A DNA stretch of 64,000 bases, from the NCBI GenBank assembly GCA_012026655.1, contig JAAILG010001007.1, forward strand, positions 1-64,000, written 5' to 3'. Shown here piece after piece: positions 49,043 to 61,751 of this stretch. The position numbers were made by a program, and so were the translations under genes. The DNA is from Hydrolagus affinis. Its lineage: Eukaryota. The notes beneath the pieces were generated by a model. The model was not told the DNA's origin, ran no database searches, and saw only the letters and a program-made list of their open reading frames with translations. The first letter of the stretch is position 1. Each line of letters begins with the position of its first letter.

Positions 49043-49645
49043 CTATGAAACACAATATTAAAAACAACAATAAGACAGGGATAAGATTTCTTTGAACTAT
49101 TCTTTAAAAAGGTAACATTAAACTAGCCTTTAAGTGCCACTGGCTAATTGAACATTGGTCAAGTGGTAATGTGACAACCAGGCATTACTTATTAGTTTAG
49201 ATAAGTTTCAACTTCAGCATTTCCAAACCATGTAGAATTATGTTATACATACAGATTACACAAAGGCATTGTATTATTGATGTAAAGACAGCCAAGTACC
49301 CTGAAGAAAATTCCTAAAGAGCACCTAGCCTATTTATGAAACTAACACTTAATCCATCGCAGGCCATTTTGTTTTTGTTTTAAAATCAAATCAAAACAAA
49401 ACATATTGGTCTTCCCGTCCACCAGAATTTTATATAAAAGTTAATTAACTGCTGCTTCTTAACAAAAAAAATGCACTTAAATTGAAATGGTGAATTTACA
49501 GTTAAATAGTGCCTTTCACATTGGGAGGATATCCCAAGGTGTTAGGACCATCTTTTCTGAAACATCAGTAAGAGAAACTATTAGTAATGACTATATCTTG
49601 CTTTTTCAGGGGAAATATGCCATAGTACAGTAAGTTGCTTTACTA

Positions 49646-50354
49646 GAGTAAAAGCCTGTTTATCCGGCACCCTTGGGACCTGGCCAGTGCTGTTTAAACC
49701 GCATGCCGGATATTCTCTCTCTCTTTCACACACATACTCAGTCAGTCTGGCATCTCAATGGCTCCAAACCCAACTCGCCTCCACTCTTCTCCCCCCCCAC
49801 CCCTTTCCCTCTCTCCCCCTGCCTCTCTCTCCTTCTCCCACGCCACCAAAACAGTGTATAAACCCATGATACCGTCAGGCTACACAGGCAATATGTAGTA
49901 TTCGTCAGAAAGAGAGGAAATGAAAGAAAGGGAAAGAGCAGAAAGAGATACAGAGAGGAAAAAGAAAGGGAGAGAAAAAATACTGCATATCCACGGGGTT
50001 TTAACACTAACACTAGCGTTTGGCGCTAGGACCCAGTTGCATCAACCAGCCACGATATCACTTCGCACTAGCGTTTGGCGCTAGGACCCAGTTGCGATGT
50101 TGCAATCAACCAGCCACGATGTCGCTTCTCTCTTAGGATTAAGGTAAATAATATGAATTTATTGTTTTTTACATTCTTTTTGATTGTGTTATTTGAACAT
50201 TTATTGTTTTTGTTAGGTTGTTGTGTTTTTTTTGTACTTAGTAAAAGAACAAGCAACTTACTCCCCCTAACCCCATGTTTTTCATAAGGCCTTCTATTTA
50301 CTAACCACGGGGGGTTTTCAGGAAGTATCCCCCGTGGTTGGGGATGGATACCTG
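49646..50354. mobile_element. Composite Tigger-like MITE (family A left end, family B right end)
   Basis: Left ta|gagtaaaagcctgtttatccgg; right cccccgtggttgggatggatacctg|ta. Interior is homologous (inverted) to 42340-42600. Confidence 0.6.
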
Positions 50355-51075
50355 TAATGTGCACACATAGTTTTGAAGACAATCTGGAACTTTGCAGTTG
50401 GGAGAACAGTAAACATTACAGAATGTTCATTTGTTATGAAGAACTTCGTAAAGAACCCACAGGCTAATTGCTATTGATCCTTTTCAAGTTTTCAATGAAC
50501 TACATGAATCCTTAAAAGAATATAAATTCAAATTGCAGCACAGGATTTAAGATTGATATTGGTCCCACCAGAGGAAATTATGGCAGTTTCTAGGTGATTG
50601 TAGGTAACAAGGTTCGGTTAAGGTTAAGAGATGCATTGGGTCCAATGCATTTACAGTCTGCCAAATCCCATTGTAAATTTGTAATGGACATGCTATTTAT
50701 GCGAATGGCTGAACATATGAGAATATTTTATGGATTATAATACTGCACTTTATCCTCTAAAAGTTAAACCAAGCAAACTAATGGGGATGCTATGGGTACT
50801 TACTTAAGCAATGTTTAAAAGGTCAATAGAATAGAGACAAGTAGACAAGGTTTACTGATGTTTGTAATCAGGAGGCAATCTTCACTGTTAACTAACTTAT
50901 GTATCAACATGAGACACAGATTAAATCATGTTGCAACTTGTGATAATATCCACCACTCTCGTGTCACTGATCAAGTAATTGTGCAATTGTTTAAATTAGC
51001 TTGAAGATAATTAATGAATTTGCCTTTTTATACAGAAATTTAAACGTAGACATTTTGCAGCACAGTAAACAAGAA

Positions 51076-51395
51076 ATAATAATAATCCTTGCATTTGATA
51101 TAGCGCTTTTCACATCTTATCGACGCCCCAAAGCGCTACACATCATATACTGTAAAGTGAATTGACTGTATATTTGTGGGCGAATCGCGGCAGCCGATTG
51201 CGTAAAGCAGTGTCCCACAAACAGTCGTGGATTGAAATTACTAATTTTATTATCGTGGTTTTTTTGGACGGATTATTATTAGGCATGTGGAGTAAGGAAA
51301 CTTGCCCAAGGTTTCGCCCTGACCTGCCTGGATTCGAACACAGGTCTCCCCAGCTTGCAAGACAAGTGCTCTAACCACTAAGCTACAGGAGCTCC
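51076..51395 (-). mobile_element. tRNA-derived SINE, full length
   Basis: Family tail to head in reverse; B box gttcgaatcc on the minus strand. Confidence 0.82.
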
Positions 51396-51531
51396 TGTAG
51401 TTGCTTCCTGTTATATTCAGCATAAAAAGTAAATTTTTATACTGAATATAACAGGAAGCAACTATATTGTTGCTAAATGCAGAACTTAGGTTGCAAATAA
51501 TTGTTTCCAAAACAAATCAAAAGTCAATCAC

Positions 51532-51755
51532 CTTAATCTTCAAGGACATAAATGCACCAGAAGAATCAAATGTTCCCGTCTCCTCTTCTGCATCTTCAAG
51601 ACACCATTCTGGCAAGCTGTCCCGCTCATCCTCCAGACTGCCACTGCCAGAGCGAACTCGTCTGTACCCTCGTTCATCATCACGATCTCGAAAATCAAAC
51701 TCAAACCTTCTCCTGCGCTCCAAAGCCTCCCTCCAACCGGCAGATCGAGGCGCAT
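51532..51755 (-). CDS. GIGYF2: GIGYF2 exon (contains the LPEW / GTFD DDX6-binding-type motif)
   Basis: (D)APRSAGWREALERRRRFEFDFRDRDDERGYRRVRSGSGSLEDERDSLPEWCLEDAEEETGTFDSSGAFMSLKIK. Confidence 0.95.
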
Positions 51756-52625
51756 CTACTAAAGAAAAAAGTTTGATTACTGAAAATAAAGGCATTTTGT
51801 GATGATCTTGTAAAATTCTGATCGCAATATTGTTAGCAGCAAGCTCCATGTATAATCTGTACCTTCATATCTATTTTCAGGCCTTGTAAGCATATCAAAT
51901 GGACCTAAGACCAATTTTAGATGAGAAAAAAAAGTTATTGAAGCTTCACTTTTATAAAAAATCATCCTAATTCACAACTTATAAAGATATACAGCAGATA
52001 TAGCCAAAGCTCATGATTTTCTGTCAGCCTCCTCACACCCCTAAACCTTTCTGCTTTTAAATCTGATTACCCATATTACTTCATACTCCAAGTAAAATGT
52101 TTATTGGGGGCCCATTTTTCAGCTGCCTTCACATTGGCTCTGCATCTGAATCAATATTAATGAATATCATACAGGAATCAGTAACGTTATGACTTTTCTC
52201 TACTTAGATAGCCATCCGTGAATTCACAAACTTTTTCACTTTCCAATTCAGAGCCACATTATATCTTATGAGTTATGTCATTCCTTAGTTAAGAGATGTG
52301 GCCTCCAGTTCTAGTTTGCCACATCTACAAAACTGCCAATAATAACAACAGCTGCCATACTCAGTCAAAAGTACACAAGAACCAATGCGGGAAACAAAAG
52401 ATTCTCACCAGTGAAATAAGAGGTGACTTAATCAAGTGTTATAAAATCATATGAAGTAGTGTATTTCATTATGCACCTCTCAGGTATTAAGAATAGAATG
52501 ATAAATGAGCAACATTTTAGCATTAGGCCAAGCAAATTATTCACAGCAACACAAGTAGGCCAATCTGCCTATTAAGCATATTCAACCATCCATTTTATTA
52601 GGTCTTAGCAAATTAACTTTAATAC

Positions 52626-52802
52626 CTGGGCTATGAGGCCGCCACCTGTCACCTTCTCGACGAGCTCCTGCTAAACGCCAACCTCCATCATCCTCCTCCC
52701 CATTCTGTTCATCTCTACAGACACGCCAGTTATCACTTTCTGAACGTATAAATTCATGTTTTCTTGTTGTTGATGTTCCCACTTCTTCAAAAGTTGGTCT
52801 CA
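52626..52802 (-). CDS. GIGYF2: GIGYF2 exon
   Basis: (V)RPTFEEVGTSTTRKHEFIRSESDNWRVCRDEQNGEEDDGGWRLAGARREGDRWRPHSP. Confidence 0.95.
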
Positions 52803-54299
52803 CTTTATGGAAGAGAAAAAGATTTAAATAACAACCAGATAAAGTAGCTAAAATATTGAACCTCTTTAAGATAATGGGAGCTATTCTGTCAGTTCAAGCG
52901 CTCCAGGACTCTACTCTTTGTGAAGGACGCTACATAAATGCAAATTGCTGTTGGTGGCCTTTGTGCTTCAGATCGCTGTTACAGGAACTGGTGGAAAGGT
53001 GTTAGTCAATATTCTTTGAACAAAGTTATGTTTTGCATTCTACAAGTAGATATTAAATATGTATTTTCCTACAAAATACAGTTACAAAACTTTACATTAA
53101 ATTCAGTGAAGAGTTTTGAGACGTCCTCATGATGTGACAGCCCATATATATATATTATATATAAGAATAATCCTTAAATTAAAAACAAGTTAAGCTGTTA
53201 GACATACAGGTCTCTTGGGAAACCCTATTTTATACATTTAAAAGCAATCAGCTCCTCAATGGGGAAAAAGGAATAGTCAAAACTTACTGACCGCTGCCTC
53301 CCAACAAAATATCAAATCAATCAAATTCAAGCTTTATAAAATGTCTCTGGAAAAGGGTTAATCGAATTGTAGGTCTGATTGTAGTACTCTTAGTTCCAAG
53401 AGTAATAATCTGGGTCAGTGATCCATCATGAATGCTCAGTAGGAACTCAGCTTCCTGTCATGATGTTTTTTACTCTACTAACAAGCATATACTGTTGCTT
53501 TTAAATTAGGGCCTGGCGCAAGACATCTGACATCACATGAAAAGCCAACTTAATGAGACCTTGTGATGCCTTTTACACTAAACTTTAGTTGCATGAATAT
53601 TTTTCATGCAACTAAACTTTCTACCCCTGCCCCTGGCTCGGTCCCGGGATCTGCTATTGTGAAGCGCTCTGAGACGCCGTCCAGCATGGAGGGCGCTATA
53701 TAAATCGAAGTTGTTGTTGTTGTATTTAAAAGGAAATGAAAGTCTAAACAGAGCACTTATTTTATTTTCCGTTATCTGCCTTACTTACAAATGCAGAAAC
53801 CCAACACTGTAGTTCACAGCAGTGTTGTCAAACTAAATGTGTCATATGTATGTACATTTTAACAACACTTAGCTCTCATGGCAGAGAGAAAAAGGAACAA
53901 AAAGCAAAATTAATTTGTCTATTAGAAGAACTATCTATGACATTATAATACTAGTACAATAGAATTTGAGGCAGGTAATGGAGGCCTCCATAAATCAAGG
54001 TGATTATATGGCATGATGATAAAGAGCATGCAATATTGGGTGTAGGTCACAAAAGGGAGAGTGTAATTTTAACAGAGACGTCTGCTAAATTCCTCAATAC
54101 AAATCTGTCTGAAAGCAAGCTGAAATCAATCAGAAAGTAAAATACCATGAACAGAACTTAGGAATTCTCTCTAATTGAAATCATAATTGGCCACCTGTAG
54201 GCAAAAATGACCAATCGTATTAGTTGCAAAAGGAAATAACAGATGACATTGTATATACTCCCACTTCAAAGCCATACACCATACACTCGGACAAAGATT

Positions 54300-54431
54300 A
54301 CCTTGTAAGACTGTACACAGAGTTATCTTCAGGGTCCATTGTGATAACACACAAACATTCAGACTCATCCCTCAAAGAACCAACTCAAGTTTTACTCAGT
54401 AAGAGGAGTTCTGAAAAACCTTCGCATTCTG
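54300..54431 (+). other. KCNJ13: Putative non-coding first exon of KCNJ13 (start approximate)
   Basis: Consensus donor CTG|GTAAGT at 54432, about 2 kb upstream of the coding exon. Mammalian KCNJ13 has a non-coding exon 1. Confidence 0.4.
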
Positions 54432-56455
54432 GTAAGTTAATACTATTAAATTAAATTGGTGGAAGTAGACTTAATTTTGGTACTGCATGGGATAAAGTAA
54501 CAGGTTCTGTAATTTTATTAAAAATGTCACTTTTGGAAAATAATCTAATACAAATGTTTTCCTTTGTAAAGCTTTAAAATGCTTTACAAGCTTTGTGACA
54601 TGCAGAACTTTCGATAGTCGTAAGCATCAAAAGCACATTAAAATTAATTAGAAAGCTGACCCAGGCTACTGTATTTCTCAATTTTTTGTTTCAATAAAAC
54701 TTTAGAATCCATTTGCAAGAATATTTGGAAAAACTAGCTTTGAAAACAGCTTTAACCGCATCCTAGTGAAGTAGACTGTTTGCATTCGAGTTATGGATAA
54801 AAGATAAAACAAAAACCAAGTATATATATCTTAATTACTCTCAATTATGTAGGAATTTACCAGGTTTTTTTTTTAAGAGTTGACAATTTATTTAATATAT
54901 ATTAAGTGCGGTATGAGATCAAAACATATTCAGATTTAAAACATGTTTCTTTCAAATTAAATCAGAAGTTCAGTATTTTAGTTTATCCATATATATTCAA
55001 AGTATGCTAGGTAGTACATTTTGGAAAACCAAAGTGAGAAGTAATTTTAATAATTTAAAAAATCTTAATTAACATGTATGATCTCACTACAGAATGAATT
55101 AAACCTCTTACAAACACCCCACCAAACTAAATCCAAATTTGTAAATACTACATTCTTTTAGACAATATTTTATACAATTAACCAGATTCTAAACCTAATA
55201 GCTTTATGGTATTTTATAATGAACCAACAGAGAAATAATTTTATACAATCAAACAGAATTCAACTAGCTCTTAATCACTGTAAATTAAACTTTGATTGGA
55301 AGGATTTTCCAAACACTCAAATAAAGTAAAAAGGATTGAAAAACAACAAGCTACAGGATTCATGTTAAAGAAACATTGCCAAGTCCCTAATGTGTATGCA
55401 AAACCACAACAGGACATTCTGTTACATCAGTGATTTCAAATATAGAATTGCTTTCTCTGATAGATAAAAAACAACTCTTTAATTCATAAAAACCTGGTAT
55501 CTCGGTATTTTAAAATGGCAATCTGAACACGATACCTGAAACTAAGATTTGTTATATTTCTGTATTCCTACCCAAATAGTCCTATTTTATAATTTGATTG
55601 CAGAATATTAACATCTATATAAAAGTATCTTGTTACCTTGCATATTTATCAGATCAAGACTTTCTTGGAAGAATGTAATCTAAAGAATGTTCTTCAGAGA
55701 ATTGAAGAAAAACAAGTCTGGAATTCTATTTTTCAATTCCTTTTACTATCTTTCCCCACCCCAAGTATCATTCGGAAAGCTGAAAGCTATCTCAACAGTA
55801 AAGACTGAAGGCTAAATTAACAAATCGACAAGGTAAATAAGTAATCTACCAATAAATTCCACAGCAAAAACTGGAACAGCCATTAAAAGCGGAGAAAAGC
55901 TTTAAACTATCAGCTTTGTTTGGTTAACAAAGCGTCTTAACAAATGCAGAAATCCATAATCATGCTTCAGAGTATCCAAAAAAAGACAGTTCCCTATATA
56001 TTTATATATATATATATATCCTTGTCTGAAATGCTTGATCTCCCAAGAGAAAACACCCTGCTCATTCTGGAGTTTTAAGCAGAGATTGGGGACCAGAGTG
56101 TGTATTGCTGTAGTTTAACTAGCTAAAAATTAATAGGTTGGGAGCCTTGTCTGCATCTCAGATGCAGCTTGCAATGCCAGGACCACCCTGCTGTTAGGCC
56201 TTTACGTTGCACGGTTAACAGGAGCCAACTGGGAAGAATCCCTGTATCCAGTGAACCACTGGTCTAACTCCCCAGGCTGGTTGGTTCTCATCAGAAATGT
56301 CTTGGACAACTGCAGATCCACCTGGCTCAGGATCCAGCTTATCTCCAAGAAGAACCCCATGCATCTCCCTCAAGGATAGTAATTAGTTGATCATTAGCTA
56401 TAATTGTTAATACTAGACAATATGTTTCACAGCTAGCCACAGAGGGGAGTGAATA

Positions 56456-56918
56456 ATGGGCACTACATTCAAGGACAATACACCACTTATAATTCCACAG
56501 TACAAAAGATTTTTCACCAAGGATGGACACAGCAACCTCAAGATGGAAGTTCTCTCCTGCAAAAGCCTCCTATACATTCGGGATATCTGGTCAACTCTGG
56601 TGGAAATGAGATGGCGCTGGATGCTACTAACATTCTCAGGAGCATTTGTTGCCCACTGGCTCTTTTTTGCCTGTTTCTGGTATTTGCTGGCATACATGAA
56701 TGGTGATTTTGATGTGCCAGATCATAGCATCCCTCCTGAAAACCATACCATCTGTGTGAAATACATTGACACATTCACAGCAGCTTTCTCATTCTCACTG
56801 GAAACGCAGCTGACAATTGGCTATGGAACCATGTATCCTGATGGAGACTGTCCAGCCGCCATTGCGCTACTCGCTATTCAGATGCTCTTGGGTCTTATGC
56901 TGGAAGCTTTAATTACAG
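56456..56918 (+). CDS. KCNJ13: KCNJ13 (Kir7.1) first coding exon
   Basis: [49 protein letters not shown] with the Kir7.1-diagnostic Met two residues after GYG; donor ACA G|gtaatt. Confidence 0.96.
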
Positions 56919-57369
56919 GTAATTATTATCCAAAGATTGATAGAAATAATGTGGACCCTAATTTCAGTATGCAATTCTGGATGATGTTTGGAGTCTGCAA
57001 GTGTTAAATATTCCATTTTCAACTACTGGAAAATAGCAAGAATACAATTTAAAAATCAATTCTTCCTCTGCTAAACATATATTATCAAGAATTGTGCAAA
57101 TCAAGAATCACTGTAAAAGCCAACATAGTTTTGATTTATATAATCCCTCTCATTTTCAATTTAGCTTGAAAGCTCCATGCTTTGGGTCCCATCTTAGCTT
57201 TATTATGTTAATGGTTCCTTAGGACACTCACAAGTGTCTAATGTAAATAACACAAGGGTGAAGCGTATACAGTCACTGTCATCAGTTTTAGCATTTACTA
57301 GATATTTAAGCACTCCATGGTGCGCTCGAGTGAAGGGCGATATATAAATGCAAGTTGTTGTTGTTCTTT

Positions 57370-57742
57370 TCACCTTCAAAACCGTCCATGGCCTACCTCT
57401 GCGACCTCCTAAACCCCTACCAATCTACCCGCCCCCTCCGCTCAGCAGACTCCGGCCTGCTCCACATCCCCCAACCCACCCACCCCAACATTGGCAGGCA
57501 TTTTCCCACAAACTTCTGGAACTCCATTCCGCAATCCCTCCGCCTCACCCCCTCCCTAGTCTCCTTCAAGTTCTGCCTCAAGACCCACCTCTTCGACAGT
57601 CCCATCAGTCACCCAAATACCCCCCTTTCCCTTCATCCGCTCAACCCCAGCTCGGGTCTAAAACAATGACTATCCAGTGCCTTGGGATGTGCTCCTGATG
57701 TGAAAGGCACTATTCAAGTGTAATTTTGCTATTGTTGTTGTT
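57370..57742 (+). mobile_element. L2-type LINE 3' fragment in the KCNJ13 intron
   Basis: RPLRSADSGLLHIP...FKFCLKTHLF and the L2 tail. Confidence 0.75.
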
Positions 57743-57817
57743 AATAGACTCTAATATTGATTGCGAATATTCACATCTTTGTTTCAAAATGTAACTTATA
57801 ATAATTTATATTTTCAG

Positions 57818-58428
57818 GTGCTTTTGTGGCAAAGATTGCCAGACCAAAGCTGAGGGCAACTGCAATTAAATTCACTTACTTTGCCACTGTGGGACATCAT
57901 GAAGGAAAACTATGCCTGATGTTCAGAGTAGCCAACATACGGCAAAGTCCATTAATTGATGTTAAAATTACTGCAATTCTCTATCAAGAGTACAAAAGCC
58001 AACATCTTTACCAGACTAGTGTTGATTTCCGCACTGACCACTTAAGTTCGAACGAATGCCCATACTTCGTCTTTCCACTCACGTTCTATCACACGATTGA
58101 TCAACACAGCCCTCTTTATCCACTGATTCAGGGAAATGTACGATCCTACTTTGAGATCGTCATCTTTCTGTCAGCAAAACAAGAAGGTACAGGAGAGACT
58201 TGCCAGAAGCGAACCTCATACATTCCCGAAGAAATCAAGTTCAGCCAACAGTTTGCCTCCGTGGTGAGCCATAATTCCAAAGGGTACAAGATTGTCATGG
58301 ATAACTTTGACAAGACGGTTTCGGAATTTTGTGCAGTATCCAGCTCCAAAGATGTGCAGCGGAATGACTTTGTCAGCATTAATGGTGATCAGGTTGATTC
58401 TATCATTTTCCAAGATAGTGCTGTTTGA
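57818..58428 (+). CDS. KCNJ13: KCNJ13 (Kir7.1) last coding exon
   Basis: Acceptor ttttcag; (G)AFVAKIARPKLRA...TGETCQKRTSYIPEEI...FQDSAV-stop; 357 aa when spliced. Confidence 0.96.
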
Positions 58429-58755
58429 ATAGCTTTAATTCTGCTTCAAAAGATTAGGGGTCAGCTGGAATACTAATACCAATTTGCTGCCACTGTTAGA
58501 AATGCCATTCTTTAGAACCAGAAGTATGCGTAAGATTTGATACCAACACTGTTTATATTTACAACTTCAAAACTAATACTCATGTTACACATAGATTTTC
58601 AAAATACACAAAAATTCTATTCCAATCTTTTTCCAGTCAATAATTCTATAGTAGCGCAACTTTTCATAAAATGAACTGAGTTTTACTGCACAATGACTCA
58701 AAACATCAAAAAATCATTCCAAATTTGAAATGCTCCACCTGAACTAATATTAATA

Positions 58756-58982
58756 CAGTAAAAGCCTGTTTATCTGTGACCCGATCAACCGTAACTTCCG
58801 TATAACCGGCACCTCAAAACAAAGGTCCCCATTCGATTAACCGGAAATTATCTGGCACAATGTATTATTTTATTTTATTTTAAATTGGGTTTGTTTTTGT
58901 GTGTTTTCGGCCGAATATCCGGCACACGCTTTAACTGGCATTGGCCAGGTCCCGAGGTTGCCGGATAAACGGGCTTTTACTA
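58756..58982. mobile_element. Short Tigger-like family A MITE, probably in the KCNJ13 3' UTR
   Basis: ta|CAGTAAAAGCCTGTTTATCTG ... CGGATAAACGGGCTTTTACTA|ta. Confidence 0.8.
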
Positions 58983-60978
58983 TACATTCAAAGCTATTGA
59001 GAAAACACAAATTAAATCAGTTTGGAAACTGGTGGACATTCCTTTAATTTTTATATCTACATTCAAATCTCAGCAAGATTTATGGCTTTAAGGATCATAA
59101 GTGAAATTCATTTTCTCAATAAATGGCACCTCGACCAAGGCTAAACTACTCAGAGGAAGAAAAGCTTTACAGAAGGATACCCAATAATGCAACAGTTCCT
59201 TTTCATTCTAGATCGATAAATCCAAAGCTCCTAAATTATTGATTTTCTTTTCAAGGTGAGTGTTACAGAAGTAATAGTGTAATGCAGTGCTTTCATCACT
59301 GTGTTTTCAAGCATCCTCATCAATGTTTAAAACAAAATTGTCTCATCAATTTTTGAATTGTGTGTGGGTGGGGGTGGTGAGGATGCTTGCAATAAATAAG
59401 GGGAATTCTGAGGTTGGAACCCATTTTTTCTTTACATGATTACTGGTCTAAGCAACCTCAATTAAGTTAAAAATCTCATTCCATAACACTATTAGTCCTC
59501 ACATTGAGCATACACATGAAATCAAAATGTTTATAAATACAATACTTTGTGAAACTTAAGTTATAAATATGCTAACATAAGCTGAAATGGAGCTCCTTAA
59601 ACAAGCATCAGGGATAGAGGACTGAGAAGCCTCTAGTTTTCCCAACAGACAATCTTTCTCCACAATAAATATGGAAAGCAACAAATTGCATTTTGAGAAG
59701 CATCGATCCAACCTCTTCCGCTTATGGTCCTTGTAACTTATTGGTGTTGCATGTAACAAATGTATGTTTATAACCAACAGTAGTAAATACTGCATGAAAC
59801 AAAAATTAGTCACATGAGCAACTTAACACAAAACGTACTTTGATTTGTTTAACCAAGGTCATAAGGATATAAAAAAAATAAGACAGAAAATCTTTGTGTA
59901 TCCTATTTATTAAATATGTTTTGACAATACTTGAGACTACCTTCTTCACCTATATTGTATCTATATCAATTGTTTTAAATGTGGAAAGCAAATCCTTAGA
60001 GAAGACCAGAAGAAAAAAAAGATGCAGAAACAGGTATAACTTAACGCTATCACTGTTGTGAACATTACTTGGCCACATTTGCACACATGCAAAGAGATGA
60101 TGACCATCTATAAGAATAATGATATGAAGCATTTGTCTATCATTAATTACATATAATTATGTTTTTCCAACATCTATATAAATGTTCCAGACAAAAGCTA
60201 TTGGTGAGAACTCCACTGTAAGATTATCCTCTCGAATGTTAATCTAGTGAAGGTCTTTTCCAGCAATATTTCACTCCCATCATTTTTGAATAGGGCTATC
60301 ATATACATATTCCTAGATTCAAGAGGCACATTGTGCATTTTAGTACACAAGAGGCAGCTATGAGAAACAACCTGATAACATAAATTAATACACTTAGCAG
60401 AAATGCACCTAATTCTAGTTTGTCAAATGTAACTCCATTGCTGCTCATAAAAACAACAATGATAAAGTTACCAATAAACTATAAAACTTAAAATTCTCAA
60501 TCAAAAATCTTACACGCCAGCAAAAATTCTCTGGAATGTTTGAGAAGGTATCAAAATGTAAGAGCAAACATACAGTACTTACAAAAATGTATTGTATTAT
60601 TAAATTTTGCTAAATTTAGTTTTCAAAATTGCAAAAATATCCTTTTAGGACTTGTAAAGTATGTGTAGGTTACTTTTAGATATTAGTTTTCACAACGTGA
60701 ACTATTCCACGTCAATGTGGAACATTATTCTCTTTAATGAACACAAATCCAGCCTCTGCCAAATTACGTTGCTTCTAAATTTGAATTTCAAATCCAACAG
60801 ATTAAATTTAGTCACAGCGCTTATGACATCAATGTTCGGGATAGTTTCCAACTTGCAATAATATCAAACCAAAAATTTTATTATAACATTTAATTATTGC
60901 ATCAAATTAAAGTTGCACAAATTCTAAAACAATATTCAAATTGTGTTTAAGATAACAAATCAATGGTTGCTACCATAC

Positions 60979-61065
60979 CTGGTTTGGTAAGGAATCCAGA
61001 GGTTGTAGAGAGGAAGTCATTTTGAGTGCACAGGCTGGGATGTTGGTCCTTAACATGACTTGAAC
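60979..61065 (-). CDS. GIGYF2: Candidate GIGYF2 alternative cassette exon (87 nt)
   Basis: ctgttacttcag|GT...CCAG|gtatgg; phase 1/1, stop-free in the GIGYF2 frame. No recognised homology. Confidence 0.4.
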
Positions 61066-61751
61066 CTGAAGTAACAGATGTACTGAATTCAACCAGTTGC
61101 TCTTCAGAAAATTCAGGTTATTGCTCATAAAACAGTGAGTGCATAAGTCAAAAACTTTTAAAATTAGTGAGAAACTTGATTTAGAGGTTTCAAGAGTATC
61201 ATACACCTGATCACAAAAAGTGAATGATATTACAGACTTATATTCTTTATCAAAAATATTATTTATCAAAGCAGGAGACAGAAAAGGGGCAGAGAATTAA
61301 TAGGGCTTATTCTAGTCAACAATTTTAACATTCTCCTGAAGAATGTCTGCTTAGCTATCCGTTTACTATAAGTCTCCGAGTGCAATTTTATACATTTTGG
61401 GTGCCACCCTCTTCACTATTTTATTTACCCATTAACACACCTATCATCTTTGAAGCAGTTTGAGAATAAGTACGAATTACTTTGAATTAGTTAGTATGTA
61501 CCAGAAATGTGATTGAAATTGTTGCAAAATGGCTTTAAGATATTTAGAGAAAGGAAACTACACTTCAAGCTAGGAGAGGAATAACAAAACGTTTCTACCC
61601 CAGACAAACAACATCGTCCTCAGTGTATCACTCCAAAATGTAAAAGCATGGTTGAACCCAGCATGACAAGATCAGATCATTCTGCCATTTCCTTCCCTTA
61701 TACTTAACTCAGCAGGAATTACTAATAGTGATTTTCAAATATTATACTGAC

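Noticed and set aside
56919-57007. ORF extension of the first KCNJ13 coding exon ([10 protein letters not shown]...)
   Set aside because: Read-through into the intron; the true junction is ACA G|gt at 56918 to 57818.
60700-60830. CCACGTCA and ATGACATCA bZIP-like motifs
   Set aside because: Isolated 8-9-mers with no promoter context or conservation evidence available.
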